A DNA stretch of 64,000 nucleotides from Callorhinchus milii. Taxonomy: Eukaryota. The position numbers were made by a program, and so were the translations under genes. A model generated the notes under the pieces. That model had not been told where the DNA came from and did no database searches. It saw only the letters and a list, made by a program, of their open reading frames with translations. The stretch's first letter is position 1. Each line of letters opens with the position of its first letter. The stretch covers positions 132,558,001 through 132,622,000 of the forward strand of contig NW_024704742.1 of the NCBI RefSeq assembly GCF_018977255.1. The letters are read 5' to 3'. Positions 50,786 to 63,852 of the stretch are shown piece after piece.

Positions 50786-51563
50786 AGTTATGCCTTGGCA
50801 GTGAGACGAGAGAGCAAAAGCTCAGAGCTGTGAAGGGAAATATCAAGACAGATGCCCTTTGTTATTATTCTGATTTGCATTCACTTTGCATTTACCTAAA
50901 TTAATATCCATCTGCCACGCTGTGGTTTACATGATCCAGATTTTCCTGATTCCTACTTATCCTTCTCATTTCAGTCAATGTTGCCATCTGTCTGTTTTCA
51001 ACAATGAATCTATGTGCATAGATTCTCACTGACTTTTACTTTAAGGAGAGATACTTGTGTGCCCACCAGAGGTAAGGGAGTGAAGACTTTATGACATAAT
51101 AGGAGACCATCAGTTTGTGTCAGTATTTGCTCCTCCAAAAAGTCATCCATCCTAATCTCTATACACAGCAATGCACATACACAGTAACACAGATGCAAAT
51201 ACACATACACATACCAATATACACCCACAGCAACTGATTCTGTGAGGGTCCTTACTCCTTGTCGTACTTGCAAAATTTAGTAATGCTTTCGTACTAAGTG
51301 GCCTCTGCTTTCCTAACCCTGTCAGTGTGAATCCTTGCTCAAAGGTGTCTCACCGAGTCAGAATTAGGCACTCAAACAGGTATTCCCAGATAACTCCAAT
51401 GCACGTTAACTGGGATGTCTAATTGGGGTCTGCTCGCACTGCCAGAACTCCGAGGTCGTCAGCTACTCTCTGAGTGCTTTACTCCTTTTCTTGTTTTAGA
51501 ATATTACAGAGACTCGAGGATACATTCAGTAATAACATCTCTTTACTAAGACCCAGCAACCCT

Positions 51564-52075
51564 ACAACAACAACAGCAAAATTACATTTGTAAAGTGCTT
51601 TTTACGTCGGGAGGGCATCCCAAAGCCCTGGACAGAGTTACGAGTCTGAGCTGGGGGTCAGGATTGGGGAGGGTGGAGGGTAAGGGTGGGGAAGCACGGA
51701 GATCGAAAGCAGCATGGTTGAAGAGGAGGGTCTTGAGATGGTTCTTGAAGGTGGCGAGGGAAGGGATGAGACGGAGGGACTGTGGGATGGAGTTCCAGAG
51801 GGCGGGGGCAGAGTGTCAGAAGCCCCGCCCGTCAATAGTGGGGGGAGCGAGCAGGATGGTAGGGGGTTAGGAGGTCGCAGAGGTAGGGGGGAGCAAGACC
51901 ATGGAGGGCTTTGAAGGTGAGGACCAGGATCTTAAACTGTATCCTCTGTGTAATGGGAAGCCAGTGGAGTCGGGTGAGAATAGGGGTGATAGGGTCACGG
52001 AGCTTGGTGCGGAAGAGGACACGGGCTGCAGAGTTCTGGTTGATCTGCAGCCCTATGGAGGGAGGAGTGGGGAGG
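51564..52075 (-). mobile_element. L2 3' fragment
   Basis: QNSAARVL...LHWLPITQRIQFKIL and tail. Further L2 pieces near 4195-4600, 4690-5240, 5636-5892, 13200-13680, 13980-14290, 24000-24258, 27705-27943, 29940-30260, 34180-34400, 39420-39770, 48896-49160, 52242-52630, 57280-57540 and 63005-63350. Confidence 0.85.
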
Positions 52076-53609
52076 AACTCTAGACTACCTTGCATATAAA
52101 AAATAACAACAATGGGATCAAATATAACCAACACACATAACTATAACTAGCAGCACAATACTATATTAGTCTAACGTAATTTAAACCAACCGTTACAGTA
52201 ATCCTGTATATGTCAGTACGTGCCGGATGAAGACAGAGACACACAACAACAACTTGGATTTATATAGTGCCCTCCACGCTGGATGGCGTCTCAGAGTGCT
52301 TTTCAGTAACGGATCCCGAGGCCAAGCCAGGGGGAGGGGGAGGAAGGTGACCAAAGGCGCGGTTGAAAAGAAAGGTCTTCAGGAGAGATCTGAAAATGGG
52401 AAGGGAAGGAGCGAGACGGAGGGAGTGAGAAAGGCAGTTCCAGAGCCTCGGGGCATAGTGGCTGAAGGCACGACTGCCGAGGGTGGAGCAGAGGACTCAG
52501 GGGACGAGGAGGAGGCCAGATGCAGAGGAACGAAGGCAACGGGTACTGTTTTGAGGAGAGAGGAGTTCAGAGAGGTAGTGGGGTGCAGAAGAGTGCAAGG
52601 ACTTGAATACAAGGGTGAGGATCTTGAAGTCGAGGAGGGCGTTAGAGTAGTCCAGCCGAGAGGTGACACGAGGCACACCAAGCTTTGCTTTTGTATAGGC
52701 GCATGGTTACACCCATTGTATGATGCGAAGTGCGAGGGCATTTGACTTTCCACCCTGCTTGTTAACTGCTTGTCAAGCAAGTAACCATGAGCCCAGATAT
52801 CGTTGCAACTTGGACACCTCATGTATGCGGTTTGCTAAGTCTTTGGCAAACAGTTTCTGAAACTAAATCTTTTGCAAGCATTTTCTTAACCAGAATCTAA
52901 TTAAAGGGACATGCCTCCCCATTTCCCTTAAATAAAAAAACGATATATATATTTACATATTACTATGGATTGCAAAAACAGTGTAAACCGTGACAATGCA
53001 CACAACCACACGTGAGGTCTTAAATATCCACCTGAACAGGCTGACAAGACCTCAGTTTCATCTGAAACACAATATCTCTGACAATTCAGTGCCTCGCAAA
53101 GACTATGTTTAAAAGTCAGCCTAGATTGTGAGGAGCTCAACTTTTGTTCCGATTTTCACATAATAGGCTTATCTGCTACCTGCTTATCTCTCTGGTTACA
53201 GGTTGTCCTTTTTATCTGTGAAATATGCTGTTCTTGTTTTGTTTCTAACCAGATTAACAACCTATCTCATGTTTTGGAGCGGTGCAGTGGAATTTGGCCT
53301 CTCTGTTGAGATTTCATAACTGCAGATTTTGCAGCTCAAAATACCCCAAATTCATGTGGGTTATAGGATTATAGTGAGTTCCGCTTGTGTTTAGCTGTCG
53401 ACTGCTTTCAGTGAACGTCCTTTCCTTTGGATATTATTTATCTTTAGTTCCGACTGCCTTTCTTTCAAAGCATTTAACAATGATCATTGTTGCAATATTT
53501 ACTCCTGTACATTCGTGAGTGAGTGCGCACTTATGTGTTTGTGACTGCGCGTGTTTATATTGGTAAGCATTTGTGTTTGTGAGAGTGTGCGTGTGTATCT
53601 ATTGTGTGG

Positions 53610-53920
53610 CTGTCCTTCGGATGAAACATTAAACCAAGGTCCTGTCTGCCTGTTCAAGTGACATTAATGATTAATGGCAATATTCGAAAAAAAAAATATT
53701 CGAAAAGAGAAGGGAGTTTCTCTCTCACAGTGTCCTGGCCGACAATCCCCCAAATAAAATTGGTCACTCATTCCATGGCTGCTTGTGGGACATTGCTGTA
53801 TGCAACTGGCTGCCACATTTCGCCTACAAAATAGTCAATCCACCTTAGTGTGACGCACTTTGAGATGTCTCAACGACGTGATTAGGTGGTATATCAAAAC
53901 CAAGGATTATTATTATTATT
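53610..53920 (+). mobile_element. Deu-domain SINE, 5'-truncated
   Basis: gtccttcggatgaaacattaaaccaaggtcc...gaagggagtttctc...gtgtcctggcc followed by the shared body and caaggattattatt tail. Further fragments near 2150-2390, 6170-6420, 9950-10270, 23490-23610, 34710-34920, 46085-46440, 61290-61500 and 63640-63845. Confidence 0.75.
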
Positions 53921-55434
53921 GTTTGTGAGTGCACAAGTGAGTACGTGGGTCCATGTGTAAATATGTATATAACTCAATGTGTCTATTGCCTATGTGTTTA
54001 AGACTGTATTCCTGACCTTTACACTCACATCCCTCCTTTCAGCATCTCTGCCCCTGTTCTCTGGAACTCCATCCCAGAGATCCTTCACCTCCTCACCACC
54101 TCGTCACCTTAATACCTTTCTTTTCAAACGTGTTTTTGGTTACCTTTCTCCTCTTCTTCCAGTCACCGCCCCCACCCACCCCACCCCCAGATCCACCTCA
54201 GCTCAGGTGCCCAGTCAGTTGTGTGAAGGGCTTTGGGATAGGGAATTTCCTCACACCATCCTACAAACAGCCAAACAACAATAAGAAACAGATAGGGAAA
54301 CAGAAGCTCAGACCCATTCTAGTAGACTTAGTGTGATTATGTGATTCACGGTAATAATAATCCTTGCATTTAATACTGCACCTTCCATGTCAGGAGGACG
54401 TCTTAAAGCGCTTCATGGAATTTTACTGTCAAGTGCTGTGACTGTTTATTTTGTAAGCGAATGATTCATGCATTGTCAGAAATGCTGTTTCAGATAAATC
54501 CACCTGAACAGGCAGACGGGACATTGGTTTAACGTTTATCCGAAGGACAGCAGCTCTGACAATGCAGCGCTCTCCCAAAATTGTATTGGAGTATTGGACT
54601 TAGGCTGAGAGTTTAAAGTGCCTTGGGTAACTAAATACTTCCTGGTATCTGTCCTGAAGTTGCCCTCTGCAACTCTAAACTTGTGTCCTCTTGTTCTTAT
54701 TGCTCTGGACATGTCCCAGACTTTGCCAACTATGGGGATTCACAATTAGCCCATTAACTGTTCCTTTTAAGGTTTCCAATTCTGCCGCAGAGATAAACAA
54801 TAACAAATTATATTTCTAAAATGCCTTTCCTGTTGGGAGAACATTATGTAAATTATAGCGATATTAATCATTGCATTTGATACTGCGCCTTCCATGCCAG
54901 GAGGATGTCTCAAAGCGCTTCATGGGATAACATGACCTCAGTGGAGTAAAGAAAACATTTTCCTTATTAGGATTCAGCAAGGGTTTTCCATTCCTGGATG
55001 TGATCGTGAGGTCTCTGCTGGAAGGCCAAGGAGCAAGGACAGGATCAAGCTGTGATTGTCACGTCCAGTGGTCGAGAAGTCCAGCAACAACAAAATTCAA
55101 CAAAATTACATTTGCTTAGTACCTTTCACGTCGGAAGGGCATTCACAGGAATAATGGCTGCGTGTTTTATTGGCAAAGTTCCAGAGCAACCAACATCTAT
55201 GGAACCATGCCCAATAGAACAAAAAAAGGGAGTCAAATTACTTCCGGAGAGGAAAATTGGCAGAAGGTTACACTCAGATATGAATGAAAACAATGACTTG
55301 ATCACTACTGCTTATGCAGTGCAACAACGTGGGAGAAGAGGGGCTGAGTGGTGCAGTCCTTTCAATTCTGAAAATTCAAACTAGGTCGACAGAACAAAGG
55401 TTTTCCCATGTATAGATAGGCGTCGACTATTTTT

Positions 55435-56100
55435 GGAGTTCTGCAGCGCAGTTGTTAATAATAATAATCCTTGCATTTGATATAGCGCTTTTCACGTCAG
55501 GAGGACGTCCCAAAGCGCTTCACAGAACACACTGTAAAGTGAATTGACTGTATATTTGTGGGCGAACGCGGCAGCCAATTGCGCACAGCAATGTCCCACA
55601 AATAGTCGTAGATTGAAAATGACCAATTTATTATTGTTTTGTTTTTTTGGAGGGATTATTATTAGGCTCTGTGTGGAGTAAGAAAACTTGCCCAAGGTTT
55701 CGCCCTGTCTGGAATTGAACTCAGGTCTCTCACTTGCAAAGCGAGTGCTCTAACCACTGAGCTACAGGACTCCACTTGCCTCACAAGCAAGAGGACCTGG
55801 GCTTGATTCCCGGGCAGGGCGAAACCTTAGGCAAGTTTCCTCACTCCGCACGCCTGTTTACCTAGCAGTAAGTAGGAACCCGGTTAGTCGATTGGCGGAT
55901 CGCTTTCTGGAAGGTAATAATCCCTCAAAGAATAATGTGGTCACTCGATCCACAAATGTTTGTGGGACACTGCTGAACACGATTAGCTGCTGTATTTCAG
56001 CCACAAAATACAGTCTGCTTTATGATACATTCTGTGAAGCCCCTTGAGATGCCTAAACAACGCAATAAGGTGCTAGATCAAATGCAAGATTAATAATAAA
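55435..56100. mobile_element. Older + strand CORE-SINE with a young - strand SINE (55457-55773) inserted in its head
   Basis: ggagttctgcagcgcagttgtta (head) | young SINE in reverse | cacttgcctcacaagcaagaggacctgg (head continues). Confidence 0.8.
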
Positions 56101-56391
56101 TATACTTAATGAAACGAATACTGTCATTTCCTCTCCTGTTATTCTGGATGGTTCAAAGTCAAAAATATCTGGTCTGTGAAGTTGATGCTAATTTAGTTAA
56201 ATCTCCTCAGAACAGACCCAGACAGGAGAGAGCAAGCAGATTTAGTACATTAAAGATGCTCTTTGTCAGGCCGAGGGGAAGATCAGGCCGAGGGGGAAGA
56301 GATATTCTTTAAGAAAGCATTACAGCTGACCCGTGATGCAATTGATCTGGAAGCTGCAATGTGAAGAACTCAATATTCCAGCAATATTTTA

Positions 56392-56660
56392 ACAATAATA
56401 ATCCTTGCATTTCATATAGAATATATTGTAAAGTGAATTGACTGTATATTTTGTGGCAAAACTCGGCAGCCAATTGAGCAAAGCAGTGTCCCACAAACAC
56501 TTGTGGATTGAGTGACCAATTTGTTAGTGCTTTTTTTTCTTGAGGGATTATTATCAGGCCTGTGGAGTAAGAAAACTTGCCCAAGGTTTTGCCCTGTCGG
56601 GAATCGAACCCAGGTCTCTTGTTTGGGAGGTGAGTGCTCTAACCACTGAGGTACAGGACC
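56392..56660 (-). mobile_element. CORE-type SINE, internally deleted
   Basis: Head, short body and tail. Confidence 0.8.
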
Positions 56661-58382
56661 ACTGAGCTGCAGGCAGGACTCCATTGTAGCTCAGTGGTTT
56701 GATATGTCTCAAATATATTTAAAAAAAAACATTTCTCAAAGAGCTTCACAGGATTTACTACAAAGTTTATTGACCGCATTAAGTAGGCAAACGGGGCAGC
56801 CAATTTGCTCGCAGCAATGTCCTACAAACAGCCCTGAAGTGAATGACCAATTTTATTTGGGCGATTTGTTGGCTGGGACACCTGGAGAAACTCCCTTCTC
56901 TGAAGTACAACACCTCTGACAATGGAGCTCCGTCCTCTGATCACACAAACCCTCACTTATATCCACAGGAAATAAATTTAGTCTTATTCAAGCAAAGATA
57001 CTAAAACGTATTCAAATATTTAAAGCCAATTCACTTTACAGTATATTCTATGAAGCGCTTTGAGACGTCTCAAAGACGTGGTAAAGCGCTGTATCAAATG
57101 CAAGGATTATTATTATTTATTATAAACTTAAATATTCCTCAATTAGGCCTGCACTAAAAAACTAGGAGTGAGTTAGTTTCCTCTAGTTGGGAAATTTGAA
57201 GCCCATGTGAGGAGAAATTCCACCTGGCTCTAGGATTTACTCGATCAGGGCTCCCTCTGCCTCCTCGTCCTACTTGACCTCTCTGCTAAGCGCTCTGAGA
57301 CACCGTCCAGCGTGGAGGGCGCTATATAAATCCAAGTTGTTGTTGTTGCTTTCGACACCGTCCACCACTCTATCCTCATCCACCGCCTCTCCTCTCACCT
57401 CAACCTCCACGGTTGGTGGGCGAGCTTTCCGCCACTCTGCCCCCACCCTTTGGAACTCCATCCCGCAGTCCCTCCACCTCGCCCCCTCCCTTTCCACCTT
57501 CAAGACCCATCTCAAGGCCCTCTACGACCGTGCTTTCGAGAATCATTATCCCCAGAAAAGCGATCCACCAACTGACTAACAACCAGATTCCTACTTACTG
57601 CTAGGTAGTCGTGTGGAGTAAGGAAACTTGCCTAACTTTTGCCCCGCCTGGGAATCGATTCTAGGTCCTCTCGCTTGTTAGGCGACTTCTCTGATCACCA
57701 AGCTACAGGACTCCACAAGAAGTAGCATTTTAGAATGTCAGGAATTTAAAATTTTTTGGTAACTAGTCAGCTGTGAAAGCAGCTCTTGCTGTGAAAGGAG
57801 CCATACCAAATTGTAAAAACATTGTTAATTCTGAAGTTGGTATTCAGCACATTCCTTTGAAGAGCTGACCGAAAAACAATTTCAAAAGTAAGATTGGAAC
57901 TGACAATTTGCCAAACTCTGAATGCTCGAAAACAGGAGGGAGAGTAAAATCTTAGATTCGGGTAGAATGTTCTCCAAAACAGCCAAAACAAACTTAAAAA
58001 AAACCACACACCTACAGCCTGGCTTTTCGTCCTTGACAAGAAGCAGATGAACGTTCTATTTTGGGAGAACTGAAAACATTAGGTATCAGCGACTTTGAAA
58101 CTGGAGTAATTTTTCTCTATGTTCTTATTATGTTTCCAAATTATGGTTATTTTTAAAAAAATCCAGAAACACTGACACACTCCCCCCCGCCCCCCCTCAC
58201 CCTCGCGTTAGACGACGTTGAGCGAATCAACAACAACTTGCATTTATATAGCACCCCTTACGCAGGTACCGTCCCAGAGCACTTGACAATGACTCTGAAC
58301 CGGGGAAGAGGGGGGGGTGACCGCAGACACGGTTGAATAGGAAGGTCTTCAGGTGCGACCTGAAAATGTGCCACATTGCTGT

Positions 58383-58875
58383 AACAACAACAACAACAAG
58401 ATTCCATTTATAAAGCGCCTTTCATGTCAGGAGGACGTCCCAAGGCGCTGCACAGTTGGGTCATGACCCGAGCAGGGGGGAAATGGTCAGGGTGAGGGGA
58501 GGGAGCGAGGAGGGAGGAAATGGTCAGGGTGAGGGGAGGGATGGGAGGGAGCGAGAAGGGGGAAGAGAGTCGAGAGGGGAGCTGAAGGCTCGGTCAAAGA
58601 GAAAGGTTTTGAGACCGGCCTTGAAGGAGGAAAGGGAGGAAGTAAGGCGAAGGCACTGGGGGATAGAGTTCCAGAGCCTCGGGGCTGAGAGGCTGAAGGC
58701 CCGACCACCGATGGTAGGGCGATTGGGGCGGGGGACGTGGAGCAGACCGGAGCCGGAGGAACGGAGGGTACGGGCAGGTAGGTAGGGGGATAGTAGGTTG
58801 GAGAGGTAGGAGGGAGCGAGGCCGTGAATGGCCTTGTAGGTGAGGATGAGGATCTTGAAATCAAGGATGAGGATC
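58383..58875 (-). mobile_element. L2 3' fragment, young subfamily
   Basis: [20 protein letters not shown]...APRLWNSIP and (TTG)n tail; near-identical to 60086-60563. Confidence 0.9.
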
Positions 58876-59390
58876 TTGTAAGCGGGACATTGTTGTAAAC
58901 ACTGTCTCTTGGTTGAAACATTAAACTGAAATCTGATCTGTCTGTTCAGGTGGATGTTAAAGATCTCTATTGACACTATTCAAAATGAGAACGGGTTTCT
59001 CCACACAGATCACCCCTGTGATCACTTAAGCACTCGATGGGACATATTCACAAGATTGGTTCACATGAAGGAAACTCTTTGGTCCATCTGACTCTGCGGC
59101 ACTATTTGAAGAGAAGGGAGTTTTATCAGTGTCATTGGCCAAATAATCCTCCAGATAAACAACAACTTGCACTTATATAGCCCCCTTCACGCAGGGTAGC
59201 GTCTCCGAGAGCTTAACAGCGGCGAAGCCTGACTCTGAGCCGGGGGGGGGGGGGACAGGGAGGTGGCCATGAGCACGGTCGAAGAGGAATGCCCATAAAA
59301 TTGGGCATCCACTTCATCAGTGTGTGTGGAACATTGCTGTGCGCAAATTGGCTGCCGTGTTTGTCCACAAGCAGGCCTCAGAGTAGATTT

Positions 59391-60563
59391 CCACAAACGG
59401 CTTTTCCTCCAGCCCCCGCACTGTCTCGTGCGGTGTCCCTCAGGGCTCTGTCCTCGGTCCCCTCTTCTTCACCCTCTATATGCTCCCCCTCGGTGACATC
59501 ATCCGCAGACATGGGGTTAACTTCCACATGTATGCGGATGACACCCAACTCTACCTTTCCCCCTCTACCCTCAAATCCACGACCACCGATGTCCTGACAG
59601 TCTGCCTGTCTGACATCGAGTCCTGGACGAGAGACAACTTTCTTCAGTTCAACGTGCGTAAAACTGAGGCCCTCCTGATTGGCTCACGTCAGCGCCTCCG
59701 CACCTCAGGCGCTGACAGCATCAGCATCCAAGGCTGCACTCTCCACCTCTCAAAGCCGTCAGGAACCTCGGGGTTCTGTTCGACCCTGAGCTGTCCTTTC
59801 TCCCTCATATCCACGCCACAACTGGCACCGCCTTCCATCACCTCCGAAATATCACCAGACTCCGGCACTACCTCACCCCTCACGCTGCTGAAACTCTGGT
59901 CCATGCCTTTATCATCTCAAGGCTGGACTATGGGAACTCTCTCCTCGCCGGCCTTCCCGGCACCTCCCTCCACACTGCAGGTCATTCAGAACTCTGCAGC
60001 TCATGTACTGTCCCGCACCAGGCTTCACGACCACATCACTCCCACCCTCGCTCGCCTCCACTGGCTCCCCATCCCCCAGAGGGTCGAATTCAAGATCCTC
60101 ACCCTCACCTACAAGGCCATTCACGGCCTTGCTCCCTCCTACCTCTCTGACCTACTATCCCCCTACCTACCCGCCCGTACCCTCCGTTCCTCTGGCTCCG
60201 GTCTGCTCCACGTCCCCCGCCCCAACCGCCCTACCATCGGTGTCTGGGTCTTCAGCCTCTCAGCCCCGAGGCTCTGGAACTCTATCCCCCAGTGCCTTCG
60301 CCGCCTCCTCCCTTTCCTCCTTCAAGGCCGGTCTCAAGATCCTTCTCTTTGACCGTGCCTTCAGCTCCCCTCTCGACTCTCTTCCCCCTTCTCGCTCCCT
60401 CCCATCCCTCCCCTCACCCTGACCATTTCCTCCCTCCTCGCTCCCTCCCCTCACCCTGACCATTTCCCCCCTGCTCAGGTCCTGACCCAACTGTACAGCG
60501 CCTTGGGACGTCCTCCGGACGTGAAAGGCGCTCTATAAATGGAATCTTGTTGTTGTTGTTGTT
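59391..60563 (+). mobile_element. L2 (LINE2) retrotransposon, 5'-truncated, young subfamily
   Basis: [38 protein letters not shown] with frameshifts; tail gggacgtcctccggacgtgaaaggcgctctataaatggaatc(ttg)n. Confidence 0.93.
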
Positions 60564-62350
60564 GTAGATCATGTATCAGACACCGCTGACCAAAATAAAA
60601 ATAGGACTTGGGTGGTACATGACGTTACTAGCCGACTCTTACGGGATGGTGCCCCCCACCCCTCCTAACCCCAACCACCAACTCAGGTGCGGATCCCTGA
60701 CTGACCAGCGCTTTGGGACGTCCTCCTGTTATGAAAGGCGCTACACAGATGTAATTTGTTGTGATTTGGGTTCATGAACTCGGGAGCGTTATGTTATAAC
60801 AAAGTGGTCAGTGTTTCCAGTTTATCAGCAATCCCCCAGCATTGCACTGGAATGTTAGCGCAGATTATGAGCTCAAGCATACAATGTAAGTGAATGAACT
60901 TATTAACGGAGGCACACAAAGCACCATTTTATAGAGGGCCATTTCATCTTGTTGACGTGACATGTCTTCATTTCAAACCAACAAAGAGCAATATTTACAA
61001 ACACTTCTCTTGCGGTTTCAGTAACATTTAATCTTGCTAAAGCGCAGCAAACTTGTTCCTTAACGAATGCTGGCGTTTCCTCGTCCCCATTCGTAAACAA
61101 AATGACCAGTAATAAAACATCCCACATCATTAACCCCTGTGGCTGCAGTATATGTCCTATTTTTGATGTGGGTGCGCAGGACTGAAGTAAGACATGAAAC
61201 AGACTGCTGGAAGTTAAATTGCAATTTCAAACGGGATTGTATTTATCACTGTAACTTTCAATTGTTCAGTACTTAGCACTCCCCCTTCCAAGAGAGAAGT
61301 TTGGGGTTTCAAGCACCACATCAGAACTTTGAACTCATATAGTCTAAGTTGACACTCCAGCACATTGCAGGGGAACGCTGCATTGTTGGAGGTGCTGTCC
61401 TTTGGATGAGATGCTAAACCGGGGTCCCTGTTCAGCTGGAAGTTAAAACTCCCACAGCACTATTTGAAAAGAGAAGGGCGTTTCTCCCGGTGTCCTGGCC
61501 AACAAAAAATTGGTCTTTCACTTATAAGTCTGGAGTTCAGTGGTTCATACTGGTTTAACTTAAGTGAAAGAAGGAAGCACATGACAAAATTCTAGTGCAG
61601 TAAACTCTCATTAAGAGTATAAGGAATTTGTACACAGCCAGACCGGGCCTGAAACAGAATTTAAAAAAATCTGCAAGCCCTCGCGCATGTTGACTCCCGC
61701 TGTTCCACTCTCCTAACGCACGGCCCATCGCCCCGGCTTGCTGACCTTCAGTGGTCAGGCAGGGTTATCCACTTTAGCTTAGTTTGATACACACGAATAG
61801 AAGGTAGCTTATTTGCTAAGCTTTTGCTCCTGGGATTCAAACAATTAAAAAAAATTGGCATTGAAAAAAGCCAGCGCTGAAAAAAGGCCCACATCAAAAA
61901 GGCAGTAAATGGTCTTTACCTGCATGGGAATTACACCTAGCCAGTAAATCTGGCTTGCATCTATCTCCCTACTGCCACCATCAATTGGTCTGGCCAACCG
62001 GGGGTTGGGGGGGTGGTGGTTAATGCAATACACAAGCTTTTTGAAACCTCGCTAGTCATTTATCTCTTTTGGGACCACAAAAGGAGTCATTCATCAACAG
62101 GCAGAAGGCAAAACACAGACGAAGCAGCTGTAATTTACATACATTACATATGTACATTGTTTCTAGTGGCTGAATGTCAGGGATTCTTGTGAAGCACAGG
62201 GACACCCAGTGTACAGTGTGTGCAAACACACTGAGGGTGATATTTAGCACAAATAAGAAGATGGTCCATGAGACTTTTTTAAAAAAAAAGCAAATTGAGA
62301 ATTGTTCTTTATGGTACACATTTGTCCATTTTGGCTCTCTCCCCCTGCCC

Positions 62351-62914
62351 TCAGCTTCTGGCTTTCTTGGGTATTTCTCCCTTTCCCGATCCTGGCTGCT
62401 TACTGCCTTTCCCTGTCATGCCTCCTCCACCTCCTCCTCTCCTCTTCTTCCTTTGAACCTGCGCCTCCTCCTTTAGCGAATTAATCCACAGAGCGTCGAA
62501 GGACCCGGGCGCCTGGTAACCCGGCTCGCTCGGGTCCAGACTGTCTTTGGATAGCAAGACCCAGATGGCAGGGAGGTTTCTCTTCACGGTTAGACTGTCT
62601 AACCCTGCCTCGGTGGCGATGGGATCCCACAGCTCCTCGACCTGTTTGTAAGACAGCTTAGTGATCTGCTGGAGTCCCTTCAGCCTTCTCTTCATTATCT
62701 CCACACAGGTGATGGCTTTACTCACCGCTCTGCCAGTGCCGGTGAAAAGCATCACCCTGGTGTCGTCCGATTCCATTTTCCCAATGGCGTAGCCCATCAG
62801 GTTTCTGATTTTGCTGCCTTCTTTCACCTTCATTTCAATTATATCCTTCGGGAGGTTGGTGAATGGCAGTTCTGTTGGCAGTTCTGTGATTTTGGCTTTC
62901 TGGTAGTTTTCCAT
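62351..62914 (-). CDS. RPP25L: Ribonuclease P/MRP protein subunit p25-like (Alba-domain protein), 187 aa, single coding exon
   Basis: Motifs MKVKEGSKIRNLMGYA, FTGTGRAVSKAITCVEIMKRR and LLSKDSLDPSEPGYQAP are characteristic of RPP25/RPP25L. Acceptor ttcaaacag| at 62948/62947 lies upstream of the ATG. Synteny with ENHO/DNAI1 favours RPP25L over RPP25. Confidence 0.93.
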   Translation of the reverse strand: MENYQKAKITELPTELPFTNLPKDIIEMKVKEGSKIRNLMGYAIGKMESDDTRVMLFTGTGRAVSKAITCVEIMKRRLKGLQQITKLSYKQVEELWDPIATEAGLDSLTVKRNLPAIWVLLSKDSLDPSEPGYQAPGSFDALWINSLKEEAQVQRKKRRGGGGGGMTGKGSKQPGSGKGEIPKKARS

Positions 62915-63852
62915 TTCAAGAGCTTTTCACCGCTGGCTTCCGAGGCCCTGTTTGAATTCAATGAACAAATGTTTAAAGTATATCGTCTGGGAATGTAAAA
63001 GATACAACGCAACATATAGCACCCGTCACAAGGATAGTGTCACGGAGTCCTTAATAGTGCCAGAGCTTGACACCAAGCCGGGGAGAGGGGAGATGACAGT
63101 AGGCATGGTCAAAGAGGAAGGCCTACAAGTTTGATCTGAAGATGGGCAAAGAAATGGCAAGGCAGAGGGATTGAAGCAGAGAATTCCAAAGTTTAGGGCT
63201 TTCTTGTTGAAAGCACGGCCACCGATGGTGGAGCAGAGCGGAACGAGGGCTGTGCAGAAGGCCGGAGCCAGGTGAACTAAAAGGGCGGGTAGTAGAATGG
63301 GGTGTAAGTGGATCGGGGAGGTATGAAGGTGCCAGAGTATGAAGAGATGTTATGACAGGTCAAGACTTGATTTCCCACGATTCAATGCTAAATACAGTCG
63401 TGGCGTTACGAGTTAGATGATTTACATAGCATTTAGGATTATTTGGGGTCAAGAAACTGTTACGATTTAGCCGTTTATCTGATTTATAACAAACAAATGC
63501 AAATAAATCAAAGCATTTTTTGATAGGAAACCGAATGGGACTTGGGTGCATGTAAAGCGCTCTGAGACGCCGTCCGGCGTGGAGGGCGCTATATAAATCC
63601 AAGTTGTTGTTGTTGTTGTACGGCGAGTTCAATTTTAATGGCGAGGTCTCGTCTTCCTGTTCAGATGGACATAAAAGTTCCCATAGCACTATTCGAAAAG
63701 AGAAGGGAGTTTCTCTCTCCCGATGTCCTGGCCAACCAATCCCCCAAATAAAGTTGGTCATTCACTCCACGACTGTTTGCGGGACATTGCTGTGCTCAAC
63801 TGGATGCCGGGTTTCACACTTAAAACAGCCAATTCATTTTACGGTATGAAAC

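Noticed and set aside
499..57120. Recurrent short ORFs ending KRYIKCKDYYYY, and regularly recurring repeats resembling a gene family or CRISPR-like array
   Set aside because: These are translations of dispersed SINE tails in both orientations with irregular spacing; no repeat-spacer structure and no cas genes.
59480..60352. 290-aa ORF with a YADD motif as a functional or domesticated reverse transcriptase
   Set aside because: 5'-truncated L2 copy. The ORF drifts out of and back into the RT frame through frameshifts and lacks the endonuclease and N-terminal RT.
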